Below are positions 7,101-14,197 of a stretch of 32,000 nt of DNA, piece by piece; the stretch's first letter is position 1, and each line of letters starts with the position of its first letter. Origin of the DNA: Chlamydiota bacterium (lineage in GTDB: Bacteria > Auribacterota > JACPWU01); assembly GCA_016196885.1 (NCBI GenBank), contig JACPWU010000003.1:73052-105051 (forward strand), given 5' to 3'. The translations under genes and the position numbers were made by a program. Below the pieces are notes generated by a model, which was given only the letters and a program-made list of their open reading frames with translations, was not told the DNA's origin and ran no database searches.

Positions 7101-10100
7101 CAAAGTTGGTTCAGGATTTAGATAATCAGGGAAGGGGTCGAAAAGTTTTGTGTCTTGGAGCAGGTGGAGACTATCAAGAGGCAAATTTCTTTAGCTCCCG
7201 TAATTGTGGTGTGGAAGTGGTCAAAATGAGAGGGGACGCAGAAGGTGATGATAAAGACTTTGAGGTATATGAAGCAGAAACACAAGAAGCAGCCGAGGAA
7301 CGAATCATTAATGACATCTTAAGAAGGCTTCAATTGGATGAGGGGAAAAAATATGATGCCATTTATGCCCGTTTGAGTTTGCACCATTTGCCCCAGAAGT
7401 ATCTTTTGCGGGTGCTCAGAAAAATATCCGACATGCTCGAAGTGGGTGGAAAGTTCTATTGGGTTGTCAAATCCAAAGACGATGTTCTGTATCAAGGTCG
7501 GACTGGCGAACCTGGAGAGGACGGTTTGACTCCTTATAGAGATCAGCCCTCAGGACAGGAGCTGAAGAGAAGGTTTTTTACGCCTGATGAAATGAAAGCA
7601 TTGTTAGAAGCGAAAGACGATGCTGAGAAAACCATTTTTGGATTTGAAGTATCTACAATCAATCCTCGTTTTGAACGCTTGACCAGAAGAACAGCGCCCA
7701 TCACACAGGACAATCATGAATCAAGTTTGTTGGAAGTAGTGGCGGAAAAGAAAGAGGATGTAGCCCTTGCTTTGGATGTTCCTGCCCGAGTGGTGCGTGT
7801 GGGGGCCAAGCTGTTTGACGGTGAAACAGGGGCACAACCGATCGAGCCAGATGTTCGCCCGAGCATAAAAGGAGATGTTGTGGATGTAACAGAGCTGTCA
7901 GATGAGGAAGGACTGACGGATGAAGCGGTAGGCGCTCGTTCTGTCATGGCTGGAGAGGGTTGTCTTTCTATACTGGCAGCAGGGGGGAGTTCGCGCATGG
8001 CCATTGCCAAAATGCCAGAGCGTTATAAGAAGGATATTGGTGATGCTGATATAAATTCAAAGGCATTGGTTCCACTTGGAAGTTATAGAGCAAGGACGAT
8101 AACCTATTTCGGTGCATTTTTTTATAACATAAAGAGATTGTTTGAGGGTCTTCAGAAAGAAGCGGAAGGGACAAATATAGAAAATCATTTGGAGGATAAT
8201 GACATTATGTATCTTACAAATGACACATACGCCCAAGAGCAGGCAAAACATTTAAGGCAAAATGAAAGTTTTGGACTGCAACAAAGAATTTATTCTTATG
8301 TTCAGCCCTGGGTCAATAAAATTTATGCCCCGCCTGACCAGATAGGACCGCTCAGGAAGAATTTGAATAACGAAAAATTTGATGCAGCCAAGAAAAGATC
8401 CGAGGAGATTCAAGCCGCTTTTGACAATGGCGATGAAAAAGCGGTGGTGCATAAAGAAAAAGGTCCTTGGGGTCATGGGGAATACTTGCATCAGATGGTG
8501 GTCAGCGGCCGTTTGCTCGATATGTTGGAAAAGAATAAAAAATGGATTTATGTGAGAAATATAGACAATAGCGGAGCTAAATTTGACCGGGTTTGGTTGC
8601 GTGCCTTGGGTCTGTTCCTGAAAAAGGGTGTGGGTTTTATGCCGGAGGTATCACCTCGATCCCCTGGACAAAAGGGGGGGGGATTGCTTGTGGTTGGTGG
8701 TAGGCAGGGGATTGGTGAGGACGCGATTATTGCGGCTACGGCCAAGGCAAAAAATGATTCAACTCTTACCGCAGAAAATTGCTATTGGTTTAACAATGGG
8801 GCCGGATTCATGACGCCCTCATTTGTAGCGAGTTTGTATATGAGTGAGGGGCAGACGATTGATGCGTTTATCCAGGAGCTTCAAGATGCGAACGGGGATG
8901 TGGAAAAATTAGAGGCGGTTGCAGAGAGGGGGAGGGGTAAATTCCTAAAACTATTTGACGTCAAGCCAACTAAAAATGGAGAAGGGGCGGCTCCATTAGA
9001 AACGAATCTATGGACTTCATCCATTGTGGCTCCCGTAGATCAATTGGTTGAAGCGGTCGGGGTTCGCGGAGTGCGTGCGTTGATAGAAAACGAAGGGATG
9101 TTGTTAGCTTATTTTGCCTTATCGTGGGAAGATAAAATAAAGGTTTTAGAAAAAATTCGATTTTTTTCTGCGAAACAATGGGAACTCCCCGAGGAGACTG
9201 TAGAGAAAAATAGACGTCAACTGGAAGAGAATTATAACGAAGCCCTTCGAGCAAAATGGGGGCAAGAAAAGGTCAACAATCCTGATTTAATGCAACCGCC
9301 TCGTCGAACTCTGACGAGGGAAGAGGCCCTGTTGGTATCAGAGACGTACGAGGGAAATTTGCAAGTCGCTACAGATATGCTTCGATACATATATGAGGCC
9401 CCGTTGGTCACGCCGGGGGTTTTTAGAGAGGCTTTATCAGCGGCTGAAGCAGGTGCTTCAGTCAGTCCTAATTCAAACGTTTTTGCTGAAGTCAAAAATT
9501 TATTGGTTCTAGCTTTAACCGCAGCAGCTTTGTTTGTGGCACCAGGCCCACAGGCAAGGGCGGCTCTGCCTTCTGTGGAACCTATAAAATCAGCGCTGGT
9601 TCAGAAAGACGGGGGCCAGCGGCCAGCGGCCAGGGAAACACATTTAACTTTAGCTCAGTTGATTGAAAGAGAAGGGGGGGCTTTAGCGGATTTGAGGCGG
9701 ACACGGCATGCGGTCTATACCGTCATGGCCAAGACGCCTCAAGAAATGAAGACAATGGATGAACAGGTTGAGAGAGGTGAAGCCAGTCAACTCCGAGAAG
9801 GGGTTTATACAATTTATGGATATACTCCAAGTCAAGAAGGGGTGTTAAAGGCTCGTGTTGCCCGAGGAGAGGCGAGTGTAGAGTATCGGACGGTTTCGAA
9901 TCCGCCTGTGTTGAGTCAAGCTGATCAGGCGCTTGCCCGTAGTGTCGAAGGGCATCTTGCAACGCATCGTCTTTATGAAGCGGACCCAGCTTTCAGAGAA
10001 GAAGTGGGTCGAATTTGGAAATCCCTTTCTAGGCAAGATCGACAGATTTTTGCGGAGCTTCTCTTTGTGCGAAGAGGGGATCGTAGTGCGAAGACAGATG

Positions 10101-13100
10101 CAGTCATATCTGAATTTGCTGCTGCCTTGGCGAATCCAGATTATTTAATGGATAGATTTAAACAATTTGCTTATGCGAGCAGTAAGGCGGCTGGGAAAGT
10201 TAAGGGACTAATTTTTGAATTTAAAGGAAGTCCAACACCTGAAAAATCCGCGGGTCTTTATCTGAGAGACCGAAGTGATCGGGAGAATGAATGGGGCTTT
10301 CGAATGAAAGTAGAAACTTTAGCCGCGAGAGTTGCTGCTGCTCAAACAGCGGCTCAAGGTCGAGCGGGGGTTAAAGTAGCCGAAGTAAAGCCTTTCGACT
10401 GGTTAAAACCTGTGATTGAAGGAAAGAAATATGATGCCGTTGGCGCAGGGCTTCTTGAAAATGGGGCTCAAAATAATGCAAGTGTCTTGGTCAATGGTCT
10501 TCGCAACTTCGTCATGGGAGGGTGGCTTATCGGAATCATTTTTATAGGGGCGCTCACTAGACTTTTGAAAGCCATGCGTCCTTCAAAACCTTTACTGGGG
10601 TCTGAAACCTTGGATTCCCGCTTATCCCGACAAGGGGCTGCTTCGCTGAAGCCTGCGGGAATGACAAATGTTGGTGCAAGCAGTCCTGTTATCCCCGGAT
10701 CCCCACTTCCTGTCATCCCCGAAATAGATGGATCCCCGATTATAGATTTCGGGGACGGATCCAGTCCAGCATCTGTTTCTCAAGTAGCTGAAGTCCGTCC
10801 CGTTGTTGAAGTTGTTCGTGTTAATTCCAGCCGTTCTTCCGGTAGACGTTCTAGGAGCAATGTGATTATTGAGTTGATATATGAATCTGGGCTAGGTTTA
10901 CATTGGGGCACGACTCTGTATCTGGTTGAAACACGGCTTGAAAGAAGGATGCGAGAATTCCAAGAAAGCCAAGGAATGACGGAACTGGCTTTTGCGCAAG
11001 CTATTCAGGGAATGGAAAAATGGCAAGTCAAGTGGATAGGACGCCTCTTTTCAATTTCAGATGTGTATCGCCTGTTCACGTCCGAAAATAGAGCAGCTCT
11101 ATCAAGTTGGGTGACGGAAAAAAAGTTTGGTACAGATGAAGGTGTTTCAGCGTATGTTCAAAAAATGCAGGGCATGAAGAAGGAAAAGCAAAGGATTCGA
11201 GCCGTTCGATCCAGTTTGCCAGCAGGCTTGGCTGGCATGGTTGAAAGGGTTGTAGTTGCTGAAGGACGAGGCGGTCGAAATAGCATTGGCCCTTGCGTAT
11301 ATATTAAATTAAGAGCGGGTCTTTTTGAATCTTATTGGATGGTGATCGGAAATAATCTTGGAAATTTAAGCCCTTATCTTCATCGTTTGGGTTCTCAAAA
11401 GACAAGGGCTTATCGCTTGCAAGGGCGAGATCTTGGATTAGGCCAATTCGGAGATTACATAACCTTCTTTAAAGAACCTGGGTTATTCGAAAGAGTGAGA
11501 GATTTTGCTCGGGATTTGTTGCTGAAATTAGATTTATCCACATCTGACCCCACTGTTGCAGGTCGGGCGGCTCAGCTTGCCGGCACAGCCGCCATCGCCT
11601 TTCTCTATGGCGCAACGCAGTCGGGATGTTCAAGGCAAGAGGACGATGTAAATCTTGAATCTTTAGATGCCTCGCAATTGACCAATTTTGGTGGCGTCAA
11701 CGTTGCGCAATATGACGATCCCAGTGGTGTTTTTAGAGTGCTTGAAGAAGAAACTCCTGAAGGTGAAATGCCACAATCGGGCAGTATAAATTCCCATCTT
11801 TTTGGGACAGGGTTATATGAATATGAAACAGATCATCCAGATTTATTTGCGTCTCCTCATGCTGTAATGCAAGCGAGGATTGGTGTTATTGACCTGGATT
11901 CGTCAAAGGAAGATGCAGGTTATGGAACGACTGAAGATGAGGCAATAAGCGGTGGAGGGTCTGCGGGAATGTATTTCAATTTTCAAGACAATTCGTTAGA
12001 TCAATTAGAGGCTGGGGGATACAAAATCTATATTGCCTTTTCAGCAGATGGAAGTCTAACTCACGACGAAGTCGTTCTTAAAGTTGAATTAACGGATAAA
12101 TATGGTGACACCGTAAAACGGGATGTTAAAACAGGATATATTTATTTAAGCAACGTCAATTCTGGACTGCAGGGCGCATGGATTGATTTGAGAGAAGCCA
12201 GAGATTCTGATGGGAATTTACTGGATTGGGAGCCTTCGGACACTGCGCGAATAGGTGGAGTGGATGGTGTGCAGGTGGATGTTTTTTTAGGATCTATTAA
12301 TTTTGCTACTGTGTCTAGCGCTCAGAAAGGGATCGTTATCCGCTGGATTGGAATTGATAAGAGTCCAATCAATCTTATTTACCCTATAGAAGGAAGTTCT
12401 GCGGCTGATTTAAGCATTATTGATGGAGTGAATGAACCTAGCGTTGGTCCCAACTTAACTTGGGATGAGAAGGGAAGAGCGACTCAAGAGTGGGCTGTTC
12501 ATTTTTTTGATAGCGATTCAAGTGATGCAGCAAAATACTATGAATGGGAGATCCCTGAAGATAAAAAGACCTATGATCCGAATGGAACAACCGTTTTTGA
12601 AGTTGAAAGTTCTGAGCTTGCAAGTTTCAATGTTGAGGTGAAGGAGTATCAGAGAGATGCGGACGGAAATATTTTAACGTCTACGGACGAGGATGGAACA
12701 GTAAAGCCTCTGCTTCTTCAAAGCACTGTCTTAAACACTCAAGAGATCATGAATGGGAAGTTGGGTTGGTCTTCAGCCAATCCTCGTGTGATCATTGATC
12801 ATCGTTATCTAGACCATCGAGGTTTAAAATATTGGGATGCGATTACATTGGTTGTTAAGAAAAACCAAACGACTCAGAACTCTATTACAGTCAATATCCG
12901 CGGCATACTTTCTGAGGATCTTTTTCCGATTCAATACAACCTCACAGAGGACACAGGTGAGGGGGATGAATATACGGTTGACAATAATTATGAAATTGCA
13001 CCCATTGGAACAGAGGTCACAGTTAGAAGTGTTGTGACTGACCAGTATCCTCATGGAAGTCACACCCTCACTCGAGAAATGATCATGGAAGGAATTATCA

Positions 13101-14197
13101 ATCCAGATGATTATGGTGCAGAGTCCTTTGTCTTTTCCGCAACCAAAGGAAAAGAAGATTTTCTATACGATCCGAGTGGGACGGTTGACGTTGGAGTGAA
13201 TGATATTGATAACACACTTACGGGTTTTACAGTGGAGTATCAAATCACGGTTCCTGATCCAGATAATTCTGAAATTCCTTATAAGTACTATGTATATGTA
13301 GAACATACGATGAATGGGACGACCGAATGGGTTGTTACAGCCGATGAAGTCGCTCGAGTTTTGGCTAAATTCAAAACGGATCATCCCCAAATAGAAGATC
13401 CTGCCTCTTTAATTTTAACCGAGGGAGTGACCCTGACCATTTCAGTCGTGGTTAAACAAAGTCATTTGGCAAGCGGGGCCACATCAGCTCATTTTATATT
13501 GGATGGATTGGAGAGTCAGGAGAGGTTGGCGGGGGTGGGTGGCAATCTTATAGAGGTAATTCCTGCTGGTAACGAAGCCTACACGTTCCTAACAAACGCA
13601 GGCAAGACAGGACTATACGTAGGAGACGGGATCACTGTAGACAGTCAAACCGGGGGAATAGTAGAGGACTTTGACAGTCAGACCGTGACAGCGACATTTG
13701 ACACATCGAACACAACGCGTGGAGATGTGTATATAGACATGATGATATACGAGCCACCGACGAGTGACGAAGCCAAGCAAATGGAGGCAGATGGTGGGAT
13801 CATAAGAGAGATCACGACGACAAGCATCACACAGATGTACAGTGAGATTACACTCGTAAACAAAGTGACAGGCGCGACGGAAGTCTTAAAGTTCCATCAT
13901 GACACTTCTGACATGGCAGGTGGGAAGATCAAGATGCCGATAGACACAGCGACCTATGACGTCTCAACAATCTCAAAGTGGATAGAGGTGATCAGTTATG
14001 ACTTTAGTGCCACAACCACGACAACGGTAGCCAAGGGAGCCAACACGAGTGGAGGGGGTCAACACGATTGTATTCAAAGCGCCCAGAAGGGTCCCTCTGG
14101 AAAACCTAAATGGGGTTACGACTACAGACGATGTTATTTATTTGTTTCAAACAGAACCAGAAAGGGCGTCTGCCAGCAATGGAGGTGTTTCTGCTGA
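4172..14197 (+). CDS. Giant multidomain membrane protein 1, upstream part (probably continuous with 14049-17723 across a frame change near 14054-14058)
   Basis: The uninterrupted ORF starts at 4112 in the track. I prefer ATG 4172 because AAGG lies 6 nt upstream and it gives a signal-peptide-like N-terminus, MTSFNVNYEKSFRKFVSTLLLITFSFTYLVQDTGFAQE, parallel to gene 2. The last roughly 47 codons (GQHDCIQSAQ...CQQWRCFC) look out of frame. Confidence 0.85.
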   Translation: MTSFNVNYEKSFRKFVSTLLLITFSFTYLVQDTGFAQELNTAYSVQRTADRKPADTISPKSALLEVSHGAEVSIPANLGDVIDRYEGKDDRMIIQIQDVHCHFEAQSNTAKIISDLLQKHGDHGLKMIGLEAAEGSVDTTLLTSYPDKKLRKVLAEYLMKKGKISGAEYLSIIQDKPLPLEGVENMFHYFEHLFQFDRGLDVKDKALPILDKIEKAITDLREKIYSQEVLEVLNKEKSYLEGDTQIDEYGKYLVDQALTLKLDVGGQKNFQGMMKVADLEKQIDLKKVEEERVHVLEILSRKLVKEEMVELMTKSLYYRLEKMDAWEYYEYLKTVVSPAGTIKTCRESLGVSGQNSTLEKTYPNLSKYIQMTEIFHEIKSDELLKECEKISEEVQDKLLKTKEEKALRQIEKDFIILRNFFELEMKKSEFQYYVENKERVSAKNIVDGLEEIQDPGSRVQGNSPRSPLKLRGEEKQKQEQTKSAFPILKGEEKQRWVTSPPLSLRGDGGVTNDDITFLDSHLKDLEQFYRYSDNREEAMVQNTLRKMKENESPIAILYAGGFHTDGLTKRLEEEGVSYVVVAPRITQFKLKTPYLSIIKNEPSKLEKMLMDLEKKEKGTMATLPLEGDLKTEVAALSGLEADDPARVNGEETIRLQIAALRSALIVRGLLNSDISANDITFTREGDTVTILISGIPRFQITLNSENKNNPEKLVESIVPIEVSAPTEQTSEWVGGPLRSLDGSYQALESEEIKTLKGLASKKGGYAIPSSTETFGDDEVVCRVVDYDEKKGDPVYDIFQPHSIKAYHYMAAAVPNSERPGLTRIVVYAFLPRRLDEREYAFRKRHEILESLWEYKLKKEGIAYRNRLEKNPSTPQPLWMQLGLSRDVAAHILAWGQHVLEEGWDNIEQCPFLKEEIQKLNLAQLQAIYSDETIQERNRIHNPLRKHYLSGFNDADWQRLETFENSVRDLARRLTFPSKLVQDLDNQGRGRKVLCLGAGGDYQEANFFSSRNCGVEVVKMRGDAEGDDKDFEVYEAETQEAAEERIINDILRRLQLDEGKKYDAIYARLSLHHLPQKYLLRVLRKISDMLEVGGKFYWVVKSKDDVLYQGRTGEPGEDGLTPYRDQPSGQELKRRFFTPDEMKALLEAKDDAEKTIFGFEVSTINPRFERLTRRTAPITQDNHESSLLEVVAEKKEDVALALDVPARVVRVGAKLFDGETGAQPIEPDVRPSIKGDVVDVTELSDEEGLTDEAVGARSVMAGEGCLSILAAGGSSRMAIAKMPERYKKDIGDADINSKALVPLGSYRARTITYFGAFFYNIKRLFEGLQKEAEGTNIENHLEDNDIMYLTNDTYAQEQAKHLRQNESFGLQQRIYSYVQPWVNKIYAPPDQIGPLRKNLNNEKFDAAKKRSEEIQAAFDNGDEKAVVHKEKGPWGHGEYLHQMVVSGRLLDMLEKNKKWIYVRNIDNSGAKFDRVWLRALGLFLKKGVGFMPEVSPRSPGQKGGGLLVVGGRQGIGEDAIIAATAKAKNDSTLTAENCYWFNNGAGFMTPSFVASLYMSEGQTIDAFIQELQDANGDVEKLEAVAERGRGKFLKLFDVKPTKNGEGAAPLETNLWTSSIVAPVDQLVEAVGVRGVRALIENEGMLLAYFALSWEDKIKVLEKIRFFSAKQWELPEETVEKNRRQLEENYNEALRAKWGQEKVNNPDLMQPPRRTLTREEALLVSETYEGNLQVATDMLRYIYEAPLVTPGVFREALSAAEAGASVSPNSNVFAEVKNLLVLALTAAALFVAPGPQARAALPSVEPIKSALVQKDGGQRPAARETHLTLAQLIEREGGALADLRRTRHAVYTVMAKTPQEMKTMDEQVERGEASQLREGVYTIYGYTPSQEGVLKARVARGEASVEYRTVSNPPVLSQADQALARSVEGHLATHRLYEADPAFREEVGRIWKSLSRQDRQIFAELLFVRRGDRSAKTDAVISEFAAALANPDYLMDRFKQFAYASSKAAGKVKGLIFEFKGSPTPEKSAGLYLRDRSDRENEWGFRMKVETLAARVAAAQTAAQGRAGVKVAEVKPFDWLKPVIEGKKYDAVGAGLLENGAQNNASVLVNGLRNFVMGGWLIGIIFIGALTRLLKAMRPSKPLLGSETLDSRLSRQGAASLKPAGMTNVGASSPVIPGSPLPVIPEIDGSPIIDFGDGSSPASVSQVAEVRPVVEVVRVNSSRSSGRRSRSNVIIELIYESGLGLHWGTTLYLVETRLERRMREFQESQGMTELAFAQAIQGMEKWQVKWIGRLFSISDVYRLFTSENRAALSSWVTEKKFGTDEGVSAYVQKMQGMKKEKQRIRAVRSSLPAGLAGMVERVVVAEGRGGRNSIGPCVYIKLRAGLFESYWMVIGNNLGNLSPYLHRLGSQKTRAYRLQGRDLGLGQFGDYITFFKEPGLFERVRDFARDLLLKLDLSTSDPTVAGRAAQLAGTAAIAFLYGATQSGCSRQEDDVNLESLDASQLTNFGGVNVAQYDDPSGVFRVLEEETPEGEMPQSGSINSHLFGTGLYEYETDHPDLFASPHAVMQARIGVIDLDSSKEDAGYGTTEDEAISGGGSAGMYFNFQDNSLDQLEAGGYKIYIAFSADGSLTHDEVVLKVELTDKYGDTVKRDVKTGYIYLSNVNSGLQGAWIDLREARDSDGNLLDWEPSDTARIGGVDGVQVDVFLGSINFATVSSAQKGIVIRWIGIDKSPINLIYPIEGSSAADLSIIDGVNEPSVGPNLTWDEKGRATQEWAVHFFDSDSSDAAKYYEWEIPEDKKTYDPNGTTVFEVESSELASFNVEVKEYQRDADGNILTSTDEDGTVKPLLLQSTVLNTQEIMNGKLGWSSANPRVIIDHRYLDHRGLKYWDAITLVVKKNQTTQNSITVNIRGILSEDLFPIQYNLTEDTGEGDEYTVDNNYEIAPIGTEVTVRSVVTDQYPHGSHTLTREMIMEGIINPDDYGAESFVFSATKGKEDFLYDPSGTVDVGVNDIDNTLTGFTVEYQITVPDPDNSEIPYKYYVYVEHTMNGTTEWVVTADEVARVLAKFKTDHPQIEDPASLILTEGVTLTISVVVKQSHLASGATSAHFILDGLESQERLAGVGGNLIEVIPAGNEAYTFLTNAGKTGLYVGDGITVDSQTGGIVEDFDSQTVTATFDTSNTTRGDVYIDMMIYEPPTSDEAKQMEADGGIIREITTTSITQMYSEITLVNKVTGATEVLKFHHDTSDMAGGKIKMPIDTATYDVSTISKWIEVISYDFSATTTTTVAKGANTSGGGQHDCIQSAQKGPSGKPKWGYDYRRCYLFVSNRTRKGVCQQWRCFC
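4303..4330 (+). repeat. Heptanucleotide periodic repeat (CAGCGNN x4) in coding sequence
   Basis: CAGCGTA TAGCGTT CAGCGGA CAGCGGA, translated SVQRTADR. It is related to the 20059-20086 repeat in gene 2. Confidence 0.8.
5526..5553 (+). repeat. Heptanucleotide tandem repeat TCCAGG(A/G) x4 in coding sequence
   Basis: TCCAGGA TCCAGGG TCCAGGG TCCAGGG, translated DPGSRVQG. Confidence 0.9.
5566..5588 (+). repeat. Perfect 10-bp-stem palindrome TCCCCTCTTA-aac-TAAGAGGGGA inside the CDS
   Basis: Read directly from the sequence; translated SPLKLRGE. It belongs to the same family as 5671-5687 (inverted), 508-528 (variant) and intergenic 30328-30353. Confidence 0.9.
5657..5704 (+). repeat. Imperfect extended palindrome with core CCCCTTA-gtt-TAAGGGG (5671-5687) inside the CDS
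   Basis: GGGTAACGTCCCCTCCCCTTAGTTTAAGGGGAGATGGAGGGGTTACA. The outer GTAAC/GTTAC and inner C/G runs pair. Translated TSPPLSLRGDGGVT. Confidence 0.8.
7080..7720 (+). other. Class I SAM-dependent methyltransferase-like module
   Basis: RKVLCLGAGGD (motif I-like, about 7144-7170), YDAIYARLSLHHLP (Methyltransf_11-type 'hhl' motif) and MLEVGGKFYWVV. Confidence 0.6.
7930..9070 (+). other. UDP-sugar pyrophosphorylase (UDPGP/UTP-glucose-1-phosphate uridylyltransferase family) module
   Basis: The motifs occur in the family order: LSILAAGGSSRMA (LnGGlGT.mG-like), MYLTNDTY (mnSf.T), GPWGHGEY (P.GHGd), YVRNIDNSGAKFD (v.NiDNLGA), EVSPRSPGQKGGGLLV (ev..Kt..d.KGG.l) and WFNNGAGF (FNTNN). Confidence 0.7.
13535..14058 (+). 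repeat. Protein-level tandem module, copy 1 (about 175 aa), T-poor coding strand
   Basis: GGIVEDFDSQTVTATFDTSNTTRGDVYIDMMIYEPPTSDEAKQMEADGG...ISKWIEVISYDFS aligns with copy 2. Confidence 0.75.

Noticed and set aside
13535-14058. Diversity-generating retroelement (A-rich template or variable repeat)
   Set aside because: The tract is A-rich, but I see no nucleotide-level TR/VR pair and no reverse transcriptase in the window. The tract is also internal rather than at a protein C-terminus.
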